Shown one piece after another: positions 35,769-47,750 of a stretch of DNA of 64,000 bases. The notes below the pieces were generated by a model. The model searched no databases. It had not been told where the DNA came from and saw only the letters and a program-made list of their open reading frames with translations. Where the stretch lies: NCBI RefSeq assembly GCF_046119375.1, contig NW_027362765.1, positions 471,262,001-471,326,000 of the forward strand, in the 5' to 3' direction. The stretch's first letter is position 1. Each line of letters opens with the position of its first letter. A program made the translations under genes and the position numbers. This stretch comes from Phyllobates terribilis. Its lineage: Eukaryota.

Positions 35769-37888
35769 GGCTATGTGCTCACGATGCAGGAATGCTCCGG
35801 ATTTTTTCCTGAGCGTTTCTGCATCTCCCTGGCATAAAAACGCATTCGGATTGTACATGTGTTTTCCTGCCAGGGACAAGCGGATGTGAAGCGTTCTTCA
35901 CTTGCATTTCCACATGCAGGTTGTCAAGCGCTTTCCAAGCGATTTTAGTGTGACGCTCTCAGCCCTTCCTGGGAGAAGGGGTTACTCGGAGCCGGGTCGG
36001 TGTAAGGGGTATCGGGGGAGGCAGTCGTGGCCCGGACCCGGTCCGTGCCCAGGGCGGTCACACAAAAGGTTGTAATGGGCTTTCAGGGTTGAGTGGTATT
36101 TTCCGACTACGCCACCTATCGTTTCCGGTGATGAGCACCAGCGCTGCTTCAGTCCACTGAGGCCGGTGTTACAGACAGCTAAGATGGGACGGCTCACCGC
36201 AGGCAGAGCAGGCTTCAGGGCAGTGTGAGGAAGGATGGTGGGTGCAGTGCCGCGCAGGAAATAACAGGCTGAAGCGGGGTGTGAAGTCATCCAGGGTTTT
36301 ACTCACATTTAGATGAACTTTAGCCGCAAAGCTTCCCTCTGCTCCTCGCGGCGTACTGCGGCCACCAGGAAGGGGGTCCAGTACTTTCCAGGTTGATCAG
36401 GAGCACCTGTCGAGACCCCTCTGGTGGGTGTGTTCCTCTCCTTGACGAGTTCTCCCACTAAGTCTTCACTTGACTGTTTGTGTGGTTAGAACTAGGTGTA
36501 AGTCCGGGTCCCTCTGGATAAACGCAGGTAGAGAGATACAGGTGGCGTAAGCCGCTCCGTCCGTATCCCTCCTGGGATCCACTAAGCCTCCGGGCTTTTC
36601 TGACTGCGACGTGAAGTAACAAAGTCAGATATCGGGGGCCGGTCACCTCTCTTGCAGCAGAAGTCCCTCTGACTAGGCCAGAGTAAGAAATACAGGTGGC
36701 GTATGCTGCTCCATCTGCATCCCCCTGGGAGCTTGTCGCCTCTGCTCCCCTCCAGGCCTTCTTAGGTAGGGACTTTGACCGGGTAGAGACAGTGGTTAAC
36801 TCTGACCCGCTCCTCGTCTCAAGGCCAGAGAACGAGGACCGTGTATCTTCAATAGGCTGCAGGTTATAGCAGAAGGCCACAATCAGCGTTGAAGATCACA
36901 ATCAAAGAACTTGAACCTAAGATGGCTGTAGATTAAATATGAATGAGTAAGTGTAACCTAAAAGTGTGTCCTCCACCCTCACCCACCACATGGTTCCCCC
37001 TATCTTTGGTTCCCCCCCATCTCCTCTATCCTGGGCCGGGGCAGCACACTGGTGCATTTAGGCCCCCTACAGGACAGGAGTGGTTTAGTGTTGAATGGTG
37101 AAGTAGGGTCCTGAGAAGTGCTCCATCCTTACCTGGAAGAGGAGATACCACACCTCAAACTAAGGTGCAGTACCCCTGTGGCGACTGAACCCTCAGGGGT
37201 GCCACATTGGCATCACTTGGAAAGTGCTTCACAACTTGGTCACACTATATAAATCCATGCAACCGGCATGGATTTATATAGTGTGACCGTAAAGAATGTT
37301 AAAAAATAAAAAAATAAATCTATACTTACCTTCTGATGGTCCCCGGAGTCTTTATTCGCTCCGCCCTGGCTTGCCGACAGATGGCGGTGGACTGAAGGAC
37401 CTGCCATCACATGACTAAATGAAGTCAGCGCAGGTCCTTCAGTCCACCGCGATCTGTCAGCAAGCGAAGACAAGTGCACCGCGGGCCATCAGAAGGTAAA
37501 TATAACATTTCTTTTTTATTTTATTCTTTTTTTTTTTTTAACAGATTCTATGGTACCTAGGTCCGGAGGAGAGTCTCCTCTTCTCCACACCCGGGTACCA
37601 TTCGCACATTGAAACTCTTGGATTCCGCATGTACAGATGCAGTGATGCATAATCCATGCGTTCCAATGCAAGTCAATGGCGGCGAAAACGCAGTACTTCC
37701 GCAAAATAATTGGTAGTGCTGCGTTTTTTTCCGCAATGATAATCCGCAGCGGAAATTTCCGCAACATGTGCACAGCACATGCGGATTATCATTGGAACAT
37801 GGCAGGCCTTCTATCAAGCGTTTTTCAAGCTTTTCTGCAGCGGAATTGCCACTGCGGAAACGCTTAAACGCATAGTGGGCACACAGCC
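35769..37888. mobile_element. PIF/Harbinger MITE nested in Tc1
   Basis: TTA TSD at 35766-68 and 37889-91; TIRs GGCTATGTGCTCAC / GTGGGCACACAGCC. Confidence 0.85.
35951..37206 (+). mobile_element. Solo LTR nested in the Harbinger MITE
   Basis: Starts (TG)TGACGCTC and ends GGGGTGCCACA like the other LTRs; TSD imperfect (TTAG/TTGG if the start is 35949). Confidence 0.7.
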
Positions 37889-39186
37889 TTAGTCTGCTTC
37901 AGTAGGCTCCACAATCATGAGGAAGACTGCTGACTTAACAGGTGTCCAGAAGGCAGTCAGTGACACACTCCACAAGGAGGGTAAGCCACAAAAGGTCATC
38001 GCTAAAGATGCTGGCTGTTCAAAGTGCTGTATCCAAGCATATTAATGGAAAGTTGATTGGAAGGAAAAAGTGTGACAGAAAAAGGTGCACAAACAACCGG
38101 GATAACCGCAGCCTTGAAAGGATTGTTAAGAAAAGGGCATTCAAAAATTGGGGTAAGATTCACAAGGAGTGGACTGCTGCTGGAGTCATTGCTTCAAGAG
38201 CCACCACACACAGACATATCCAGGACATGGGCTACAAGTGTCGCATTACTTTTGTCAAGTCACTCATGACCAATAGACAACGCCAGAAGTGTCTTACCTG
38301 GACTGTTGCTCAGTGGCCCAAGGTGTTTTCAGATGAAAGCAAATTTTGCATTTCATTTGGAAATCAAGGTCCCAGAGTTTGGAGGAGAGTGGAGAGGCCA
38401 CAATCCAAGCTGCTTGAGGTCTAGTGTGAAGTTTCCACAATCAGTGACGGTTTGGAGAGCCATGTCATCTGCTGGTGTAGGTCCACTGTGTTTTATCAAG
38501 ACCAAAGTCAGCGCAGCCGTCTACCAGGAAATTTTAGAGCACTTCATGCTTCCCTCTGCCGACAAGCTTTTTGGAGATGGAAATTTCATTCTCCAGCAGG
38601 ACTTGGCATCTGTCCACACTGGCAAAAGTACCAATACCTGGTTTAAAAACAACAGTATCACTGTGCTTGATTGGCAGCAAACTTGCCTGACCTTAACCCG
38701 ATAGAGAATCTATGGGGTATTGTCAAGAGGAAGATGAGAGACACCAGACCCAACAATGCAGACGAGATGAAGGCTGCTATCAAAGCAACCTGGGCTTCCA
38801 TAACACCTCAGCAGTGCCACAGGCTGATCGCCTCCATGCCACGCCGCATTGATGCAGTAATTGATGCGAAAGGAGCACCGACGAAGTATTGAGTTCATTT
38901 ACTGAACATACATTTCAGTAGGCCAACATTTCGGATTTTAAAATCATTTTTCAAGCTGGTGTTATTCAGTATTCTAATTTACTGAGATAATGACTTTTGT
39001 GCTTTCATTGGCTATAAGCAATAATCATCAACATTATCAGAAATAAACACTTGAAATAGATCACTCTGTTTGTGAGCCAAAAAATGACTCTATATAATAT
39101 ATGAGTTTCACTCTTTGTATTGAAGAACTGAAATAAATTAACTTTTTGATGATATTCTAATTTTGTGAGAAGCATCTGTACCTTGT

Positions 39187-40373
39187 TGTAGCGTCGGCGT
39201 CCCTGCCTCCTGCTAGGCAGGGACGCTGTTCCCCTCACCTCTCCGCTCCGTGCCCGGCGTCTTCCTTCCGCTCTGCTGGCAGCGCGCGCTGCTTCCCGGC
39301 CACTGTGCTTAGGGCGCACGCGCGCGCTCCCCCTCTCTTAAAGGGGCCGCGCGCGCCGTCCTAAGGAGTCCCCGGCCAATGGCCGGAGGACCTCACCATA
39401 TATAAGGCATCTCCTCCAAAATGGAGGTGCCCGAGCAATGTTGTTGCATAGCCTATCACTCTACTTCAGCCCTCAGGTCCCGTTAGCAGATACCTGCCAG
39501 TTACCTGCCAGTTACCTGCCAGATTCCTGCTTGATACCTGCCTGATACTTGTCTATCTGCTTACATTCCTGCGGTCCGACAGTCTGCCTACCAGCCCTGC
39601 CAGTCTGTCTATGGATCTGTTTGCCCGCTCACCTGGGAGCGCTCACCTGCTACCTGCCTGCTAGCCTACCTGGAGGCTCTGCCGTCACGTGCTGTGACCA
39701 CCTGCCTGTCCAGAGGCTCTTACCCGCTCACCTGGGAGCGTCCACCTGCTACCTGCCTGCTAGCCTACCTGGAGGCTCTGCCGTCACGTGCTGTGACCAC
39801 CTGCCTGTCCAGAGGCTCTTACCCGCTCACCTGGGAGCGTCCACCTGCTACCTGCCTGCTAGCCTACCTGGAGGCTCTGCCGTCACGTGCTGTGACCACC
39901 TGCCTGTCCAGAGACTCTTACCCGCTCACCTGGGAGCGTCCACCTGCTACCTGCCTGCTAGCCTACCTGGAGGCTCAGCCGTCACTTGCTGTGACCACCT
40001 GCCTGTCCAGAGATTCTTGCCCGCTCACCTGGGAGCGTCCACCTGCTACCTGTCTGCTAGCCTACCTGGAGGCTTAGCCGTCACTTGATATGACCACCTG
40101 CCTGTCCAGAGACTCTTGCCCGCTCACCTGGGAGCATCCACCTGCTACCTGCCTGCTAGCCTATCTGGAGGCTTAGCCGTCACTTGCCGTGACCACCCGC
40201 CTGTCAAGAGACTGACCCCGTCACTTGCCGTGACCTCCTGCCCTTCTACCCAGAGACTGTCCCCGTCACTAGCCGTGACTACCTGCCCGCCTACCCTGGG
40301 AGCCACCCGCTTCCTTACAAGGACTGCCCCTTTGTATAGTTGCTCTGAGGTTCCACCTCCCAGACCCGTTACA
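39187..40373 (+). mobile_element. Solo LTR with internal 99-bp VNTR
   Basis: TGTAGCG...CCGTTACA; perfect 5-bp TSD CTTGT at 39182-86 and 40374-78; TATATAAGG near 39399. Confidence 0.88.
39624..40215. repeat. 99-bp tandem repeat, 6 copies
   Basis: CCCGCTCACCTGGGAGC recurs at 39624, 39723, 39822, 39921, 40020 and 40119. Confidence 0.95.
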
Positions 40374-40706
40374 CTTGTAAACCTGAGTCCACTGATTCTT
40401 CAGCTTTTTTCCGTTTTGCACAGTGTCATTCCATTGCAGAGATATTCACATTCATTACTATTGGAGCGCAGTATGTGAAATCTCTGCTTATAGTGCAACT
40501 ATGTGTTTCTTCAGAGTCTTCTCTAAGGGTGTCAGCTCTCAACTCTCCCACCCAGATGCTGCCAATCACAGCTGTGCAGCGTCTGAGACCGCTAGATCAG
40601 TTAAGCTGTGATTGGCTTCATCGGTGAAGTAAAGGTGCAAGCGAACCCCCCCCCTAACCCCCAGCGAAGACGCTGAAGAAATGAACAGTTGCACTACACA
40701 TACATT

Positions 40707-40862
40707 ATAATAGTAATAATTTTTACTTCTATAGCGCCAACATATTCTGCAGCACTTTACATTTTAGAGGAGATTTGTACAGAAGATATAGACATTACAG
40801 AATAACACATAGCTCAACAGATACCAAAAGGAGTGAGGGCACTGCTCGCCAGCTTACAATCT
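40707..40862 (-). mobile_element. L2-type 3' tail (short L2/SINE insertion)
   Basis: Minus strand ends TGTAAAGTGCTGCAGAATATGTTGGCGCTATAGAAGTAAAAATTATTACTATTAT, the typical L2 3' stem-loop plus short-repeat tail. Confidence 0.65.
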
Positions 40863-41123
40863 TTGAGATAATGCATGTTAAAAGCAATAAATTTGAATAT
40901 CTCTGCAATGAAGTGACGCAGCACAAAACTGAAAAAAAAAAAACTGCAGAATCAGGGGAGCTTAATGATCTTTACAAGGTAATTAACGCAATTTTTGGAC
41001 CAATTGACAGGCCCTCTATAATATCCACTTTTCTAGCTCTTTGTCCTAGTCTACGGGCGATGGACAATGACTGTCGCGTTCCTATCCCTGAAGACACCAA
41101 TCATGTGTATTATGTCCTGTGTC

Positions 41124-41830
41124 CAGGGTCGGACTGGCCTGGCGGAGTATTGGGGAAATCCCTGGTGGGCCCTTGCTGTGGACGAGAGAGATACAGGGAA
41201 AAAAAGCCTGCAGTTTTTAGGGGCACGGGCCATTTAAAAGTGCAGGCAGAGCATGTGCAGGTATGTGCGCATGCAGCGTTCATTACCTGAACTGCCGAGT
41301 CGCACATCACGATGAATGCTGACATTGTTGCATATGACGTCGCCGGGGTATGATGTCACTGTCATGCACTGCCTGTGACGGTCAAACTCACGTCAGACAC
41401 TGGCCTCTGCTAGGTCAGCGGCCATTTCAACATGAGCGTGCCGAATCTGCAAGAAGAGGGTCATGCGGGAGCACAGGCAGGTAAGAGGACTCTTTTTTTT
41501 TTTTTTTTTTCTGTGGATGCGACATGATGCGGGTGCCAGATCAGATATATGGGGGCCAGGATGGACAAGGGACATATGGGGACCAGGATAGATATATGGG
41601 GGCCAGGATGGATATATGGGGGCCAGGATGGATATATGGGGGCCAGATTGGATATATATTGGGGCCAGAATGGACATATGGGGGCCAAAAGAGATATATG
41701 TTTCATAGACATTAGTGGCAAAAAAGTACATTTTTGGTCTCATCTGACCACACTTTCCTCCATACATTTGGGGAGTCTCCCACGTGTCTTTTGGCAAACT
41801 CAAAATGAGCCTTACAATTTTTGTGCTTAA
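41124..41830. mobile_element. hAT-like MITE fragment with 20-bp minisatellite
   Basis: CAGGGTCGGACTGG terminus; ATATGGGGGCCAGGATGGAT repeated ~7 times at 41545-41690; other end not found. Confidence 0.5.
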
Positions 41831-41831
41831 G

Positions 41832-41930
41832 TAAATATGCAAATTGGCTCTTCAGAGAGAAAAAGGACCTATGGAATCAGCAATCCTACAAGTCACAATC
41901 GACCCTTTGACGAGTTGTGCAATATGACTG
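41832..41930. mobile_element. Fragment of the hammerhead-bearing repeat family (no ribozyme retained)
   Basis: AAATATGCAAATTGGCTCTTCAGAGAG..GCAATCCTACAAGTC aligns to 20041-20155 with an internal deletion. Confidence 0.65.
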
Positions 41931-41959
41931 TGCTTAACTAAAGGTTATTTTCTGTCTGC

Positions 41960-42684
41960 CCTTCGATAAAGGCCACCTCTATGGAGTGTACGGCTTGTTA
42001 TGGTCATATGAACAGATCTGTGCTTGGCAACTCTGCAGCTCCTTCAGGGTTACCTTTTGTCTCTGTGCTGCCTCTCTGATTAATGTCCTCTTTGCCCAGG
42101 CTAAGCGTTTTTGTGAGCGGCCCTCTCTTGACAGGTTTGCTGTGTTTCCATGTTTTTTCCATTTGATGACAATGGATTTGATGGTGCTCTGGGGGATCAT
42201 TAGAGATTGGGATATTTTATTTATAATCCAACCCTGACTTGTACTTCTCAACAACTTTGTCCCTGACTTGTTTGGAGATCTACTTGGTCTTCATGGTGGT
42301 GTTTGGTTAGTGGTGCCTCCTGCTTAATGGTGTTGGAGCCTCTGTGGCCTTTCAGAAAAGGTAAAGTGTGTATATACTGACAGACATGTGACACTTAGAT
42401 AGAACACAGGTGGACTTCCTTTCACTAAGCATGCAAAGTTTTTAGGGACTTCATCGCAAAAGTGGTGAATACATATGCACATGCCAATTTTTAGTTACTG
42501 GATCCCATAAATTTAATTTATGTTTATATTTTTGTCACTTCACTTCACCAACTTACACTATTTAGAGCTGATGCATCACACTCAAATCAGATTAAAAATA
42601 TATTTAAGCGCAGATTGTAATTCAACAAAATAGGTAAAAAGCCAAGGGGGGGGGGGGGTGTGTGAATACTTTTGCAAGCCACTG
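41960..42684 (-). mobile_element. Tc1 5' fragment (left TIR plus N-terminal HTH)
   Basis: TIR ends ..GCAAGCCACTG|TA at 42684; minus ORF KISQSLMIPQSTIKSIVIKWKKHG..LIREAAQRQKVTLKELQ. Confidence 0.8.
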
Positions 42685-43037
42685 TATGTGGTGTTTTTTA
42701 AGGCTATAGTTTGGCAGCCGTGGACTAACAAAATAGTCACTGCACCGGGGTTCTGCAAATATTTTTGACCAACTCTAGTGCTGAGAGTCAGAAACCACCG
42801 GTAAAATATTACATCTGTAATTGGACCATCACTACAAACAGAAAAAGAAGTTGCTTAGCCTCCAGGGAGGAACTCCTAAGAGCCCATAATATCAAGTCAC
42901 TTCAGTACTAGTACTAGTTAGATTATATGGTCTATCGGCAGGAACTACTAGGAGCCCATACAATACATTGTATAGTGTATAGGCAGGATCTCTTACAATG
43001 AGGACCTAGTAGGAGTCTGAAGACCTACTAGAAGCTG

Positions 43038-43541
43038 TGTAGATTGGCTCACCCAGCTGCACTCGGAGGTAGACACAGGAACGCTGTTTCTTTAAAATTC
43101 TCAGTGGTTTATTTAAAGCACGGCATAAATCCCTGTAAAAAATCCATAGAAACATAATGGATAAACAAAAGAAAAATGGGTAGCACAGTCCTTACGTTTG
43201 CGGGGATCCACCCACTCCGAGTTAGCAAAAACCACACGGTTCAGTTAAGCAAACAAGACCATGAGCTCTTCTCTGGAGTTAGCCTCTCCAGACACCTGAA
43301 CAACTAATAGCTGAGCAGGTGGTCTATTTAAACCCCAGACCACACCCTGGGGTGGAGATATGGAAAACAACCTCCCAACCGCTCTATGGTTGTTCTAAAA
43401 AACCCAGCCTTTAAAATGGCTGCTTAAACCCTAGACACTTAGTGTGTTGGAGCAAAATTTCTGGGTTTGAAATCACAGAAGCTAATAGCCTCAGTGAAAC
43501 ATACCTCCCTTCCAGCACTTTGCCATTGACTTTGTCCCAGA
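43038..43541. mobile_element. Probable solo LTR (~500 bp)
   Basis: TGTAGATTGG...TTTGTCCCAGA interrupts the satellite; flanks GCTG/GCTT are a near-TSD. Confidence 0.5.
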
Positions 43542-44094
43542 GCTTATACAATAAGGACCTGTCTCTTCACTAGTCATCTAGCTAGAATATATGGGTTACA
43601 GAGAGGACTAACCAGGAGTCCATACATTCAAGTCTCTTCACTAAAAAATACCTACTGGGAGCCCATACATGCTAGTGTCTTCACCAGTGAACGGACTAGA
43701 ATGTATGGGCTGCAGGTGGTCCTAGAGGGAGCCCATACTTGCTAGTGTCTTCACTAGTGAATGGGCTACAAGGTATAGGTTGCAGGGCGGACCTAACGGA
43801 AGCCCATACATTCTAGTATCTTCTTAAGTGAACAAGCTATAGAATGTATGGGCTGTAGGTGGATTTAACGGTAGCCCATATATTCTAGTGTCTTCACCAG
43901 TGAATGGGCTACAATGTATGGGCTGCAGACAGACCTATTGGGAGCCCATATATTCTAGTGTCTTCATTAGTGAACAGGCTAGAATGTATGGGCTGCAGGC
44001 GGAACTAATGGGAGCTCATACATTCTAGTGTCTTCACCAGTGAATGGGCTAGAATGTATGGGCTGCAGGCGGACCTAACAGAAGCCCATACATA

Positions 44095-45685
44095 CAGTGA
44101 GGAAAATAAGTATTTGATCCCTTGCTGTTTTTGTATGTTTTCACACTGACAAAGACATGAACAGTCTATCATTTTAAGGGTAGGTTAATTTTAACATTGA
44201 GACATAGAATAGCCAAAAAAATATTCAAGAAAATCACATTGTATAAATTAGATAAATTTATTTGCATTTTGCAGTGAGAAATAAGTATTTGATCCCCTAC
44301 AAACTATTTTGAGTTTTGGCTCCTAGAGACCAGTTAGACTCTCCTAATCAACTCGTTACGTGCATTAAAGACAGCCGTCTTACATAGTCAGTTGTATAAA
44401 AGACTCCTGTCCACAGACTCAATTAATTAGTCAGACTCTAACCTCTACAACATGGGCAAGACCAAAGAGCTTTCTAAGGATGTCAGAGACAAGATCATAG
44501 ACCTGCACAAAGCTGGAATGGGCTACAAAACCATAAGTAAGATGCTGGGTGAGAAGGAGACAACTGTTGGCGCAATAGTAAGAAAATGGAAGAAATACAA
44601 AATGACGGTCAATCGACATCGATCTGGGGCACCATGCAAAATCTCACCTCGTGGGGTATCCTTGATCATGAGGAAGGTGAGAGATCAGCCTAAAACTTCA
44701 CAGGGGGAACTTGTTAATGATCTCAAGCCAGCTGGAAACACAGTCACCAAGAAAACCATTGATAACACATTACGCCTTTAAAGGTTTAAAATCCTGCAGT
44801 CGCCGCAAGGTCCCCCTGCTCAAGAATGCACATGTGCAGGTCCTTCTGAAGTTTGCCAATGAACACCTGGATGATTCTGTGAGTTATTGGGAGAAGGTGT
44901 TGTGGTCAGATGAGACAAAGTTTAGCTCTTTCGCATTAACTCAACTTGCCGTGTTTGGAGGAAGAGAAATGCTGCCTATAACCCAAAGAACACCATCCCC
45001 AATGTCAAGCATGGAGGTGGAAATAATATGTTTTGGGGGTGTTTCTCTGTTAACGGCACAGGACTACTTCACCGCATCAATGGGAGAATGGAAGGAGCCA
45101 TGTACCGTAAAATCCTGAGTGACAACCTCCTTCCCTCCACCAGTAAAGTAAAAATGGGTCGTGGCTGGGTCTTCCAGCAAGTCAATGACCCAAAACATAC
45201 AGCCAAGGCAACAAAGGAGTGGCTCAAAAAGAAGCACAGTAAGGTCATGGAGTGGCCTAGCCAGTCTCCCAACCTTAATCCCATGGAAAACTTATGGAGG
45301 GAGTTGAAGCTCCGAGTTGCCAAACGACAGCCTCAACATCTTAATGATTTAGAGATGATCTGCAAAGAGGATTGGACCAAAATTCCTCCTGACATGTGCG
45401 CAACCCTCATCATCAGCTACAAAAAATGTCTGACTGCTTTGCTTGCCAACAAGGGTTTTGCCACCAAGTATTAAGTTTTGTTTGCCAGAGGAGTCAAATA
45501 CGTATTTCTCACTGCAAAATGCAAAAAAATGTATCTAATTTATGCAATGTGATTTTCTTGATTTTTGGGGGATATTCTCTCAATGTTAAAATTAACCTAC
45601 CCTTAAAATTAAAGACTGTTCATGTCTTTGTCAGTGGGGAAACTTACAAAAACAGCAATGGATCAAATACTTATTTCCCCCACTG
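44095..45685 (+). mobile_element. Full-length Tc1 (DD34E), transposase inactivated
   Basis: TA TSDs at 44093-94 and 45686-87; TIR CAGTG(A/G)GGAAAATAAGTATTTGATCC; [10 protein letters not shown] start at 44452, stop at 44779, WSDETK, second D mutated to V (QQVNDPKH), GFATKY end. Confidence 0.94.
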
Positions 45686-45794
45686 TACTAGTGTCTTCAC
45701 TAGTGAATGGGCTAGAATGTATGAGCTGCAGGGCAGACCTAGTGGGAGCCTGTACATTCTAGTGTCTTCAACAGTGAACCGGCTTGAATGTATG

Positions 45795-46834
45795 TGACTC
45801 GCCCCCTGGGCCGTGGGGCACTCGGATCCGGGCAATAGGGAAACGATGGGGGTAGTAGTGGCGACCCGGTTCCGTGGCTCAGGGTGGTCAGGCCAGTGGT
45901 AGTCCGTTATGTGTTGTTGATTATGTCCGGCTACGCCACCCGTGGATTTGCGGTTATTAGGAACCGCCGCTGCATGCAGACCGCTGGGGCTGATGAGGTG
46001 TGCAGCTATGGTAGTGTGACTCCCCACGGGAAGAGTGCGGCCCCAGGGCAGTATAGTGGATGGTGGGAGTGATGGTAGTGAGAGTCCCAGTGCTGGTAGT
46101 GCTGGAGGAGCAAGGAGCACACAGACAACAGGTTGCAGTCCAGGGCCTTTACTGAAACAGGTAAACTGACCCATAAACAGTCCTGGCTAGGAGGGGACCT
46201 GGATGTCTGAGAGCAACGGGGAAATTGGCCCTGGTCAGGGTGAGGGTGTAGGCCTACCGTGCTTTCTGCGCTCCTTCTGGCTATCCCCTCCTTATAGAGT
46301 AACAGCCCACGTTCCCGAGCTTTCCGTGTTTTCTCGCCTGTATGGCCTGCGACGTGGGTTCCTTTCTGCTCCCAGCCTTGTACGGCTTTACTGGTCCCTT
46401 CGGTTGTGGCAGGGCCTCCAGGCTTCTTAGGCCAAGGAATGTACAGTCCCTTGCGGACTGGTTCTCTGCTGGGGGATGTGGAATCCTTCCAGCCTCAGAC
46501 ACCAAAGTCTGGTAAGATTAAGTCTTTTCTCTGCCAAGACAGGCTCTCTTCGCCTCTTGTCTCTGGCTTGTGGCTCTCCTCCTGCCACACTTCCTCTTAG
46601 GTGCAACACAACTTTCTGTCCCTGCTCCACTCTGGGACACGTCTCAAAGCTGAGACAGGCAATCCAGTTCTCTCTAACCCTGTCCCCAGTACCAGCTTTT
46701 ATAGGGGCAGCCTGCTCCCCCTACTGGCCTGAGACAGGAGGCATTGCATGCTAATGTTCCCCTGACCAGAGAACCTCCCCCTTGCTCTCAGACACAGCTT
46801 TATTACACTTGTGGCATCCAGGTAGGGTGACACA
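45795..46834 (+). mobile_element. Solo LTR (same family as 28407-29426)
   Basis: TGACTCGCCCCCTGGGCCGTG...GGGTGACACA; 4-bp TSD TATG at 45791-94 and 46835-38. Confidence 0.87.
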
Positions 46835-47289
46835 TATGGACTAAAGGGCCGACGTAACGGAAGCCCATACATTCAAGTGTTTTCACCAGTGAGCGAGCTA
46901 GAATGTATGTGACGCGCCCCCAGGGCCCATACAACCAAGGAACTAGTTACGGAAACTCACATGGAGGGTGACCTTTATTTGTGTACAATTTGCAGACATT
47001 TTTCTGTCATTAAAAGGCTTACTGGAAGGCTAAATTGGCCCTTGGTGAAATGGCGGAAGCCGCACAGTTCATTGCCCTCAAGGGAGACAGATAAGGATGC
47101 AAGTGTACGACCTCTAGTGTTAAGGACATGCATGAAAGGTCGGGGTGAAGTCCTCACAGTATCTGCATCTTTACCTGTGCCATCTGAGGTTTGGCACAGG
47201 AGGCGCAATGAATTCATTTCATCAAACCTTCTGCACTGGTAATAGACATAGCACACAGACATACCCATCATGAAAACGAGGCTAGGTAA

Positions 47290-47750
47290 GGAATTTATTT
47301 TTATATTTGCCAGTGGAGTGGTGGGAAGGATCACCTTACTGGTGGGGCATTGAGGGGTCATCATATTGTGCGGAGTAGGACTGTAGGGTCATCATTATTT
47401 GCGGGGCCTTGAGGACATCATAAAGTATGGGTGACATCAAAATGTGTGTGGGGTCACTTTGTGGACATTATAATGTGTGGAGGAACTGTTGGGGCCTTAT
47501 ATTTTGTGGTGGGTATCATTGTGTGGAGGCACTTGAGGCATTATGTGTGTGAGATCACTGAGGGAATTATAAAGTGCAGTGGTGGACTGTGGGGGCATTA
47601 TACTGTGTGGCAGGTATAATTGTGTGGGGGCGCTGGGGGAATCATAATATGTTAGGGGGCACTTTGGGGGTATCATTGTGTGGAGAACACTGTGGGGGCA
47701 TCATACAGTCTGTAAGGGGCCATGAGTATATTTGGGGTGTTATACTTCAT
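47290..47750. repeat. Degenerate ~30-bp G-rich minisatellite
   Basis: Recurrent GGGGCATCATA(C/T)TGTGTGGAGG-like units, probably the interior of an old MITE. Confidence 0.55.

Larger units (their letters stand above)
35517..39178 (+). mobile_element. Tc1 (DD34E) element with nested insertions, transposase degraded
   Basis: TA TSDs at 35515-16 and 39179-80; TIR CAGGTGCTTC(G/T)CACAAAATT; remnants FSDESK, QQDLA, PDLNPIENLW, GAPTKY at 37917-38892. Confidence 0.9.
42880..46900. repeat. 70-bp self-complementary satellite, interrupted by TE insertions
   Basis: GCCCATAC-type anchor recurs at 43661, 43731, 43802, 43874, 43944, 44014 and 44084; resumes at 45688-45794 and 46835-46909; degenerate copies from ~42880. 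Confidence 0.88.

Noticed and set aside
39549-40478. 179-aa, 127-aa and 120-aa repeat proteins
   Set aside because: Produced by the 99-bp VNTR within a solo LTR; no domain or splice support.
46975-47364. 129-aa minus-strand ORF
   Set aside because: No recognisable motif, its start lies in a degenerate minisatellite, and no linked exons were identified.
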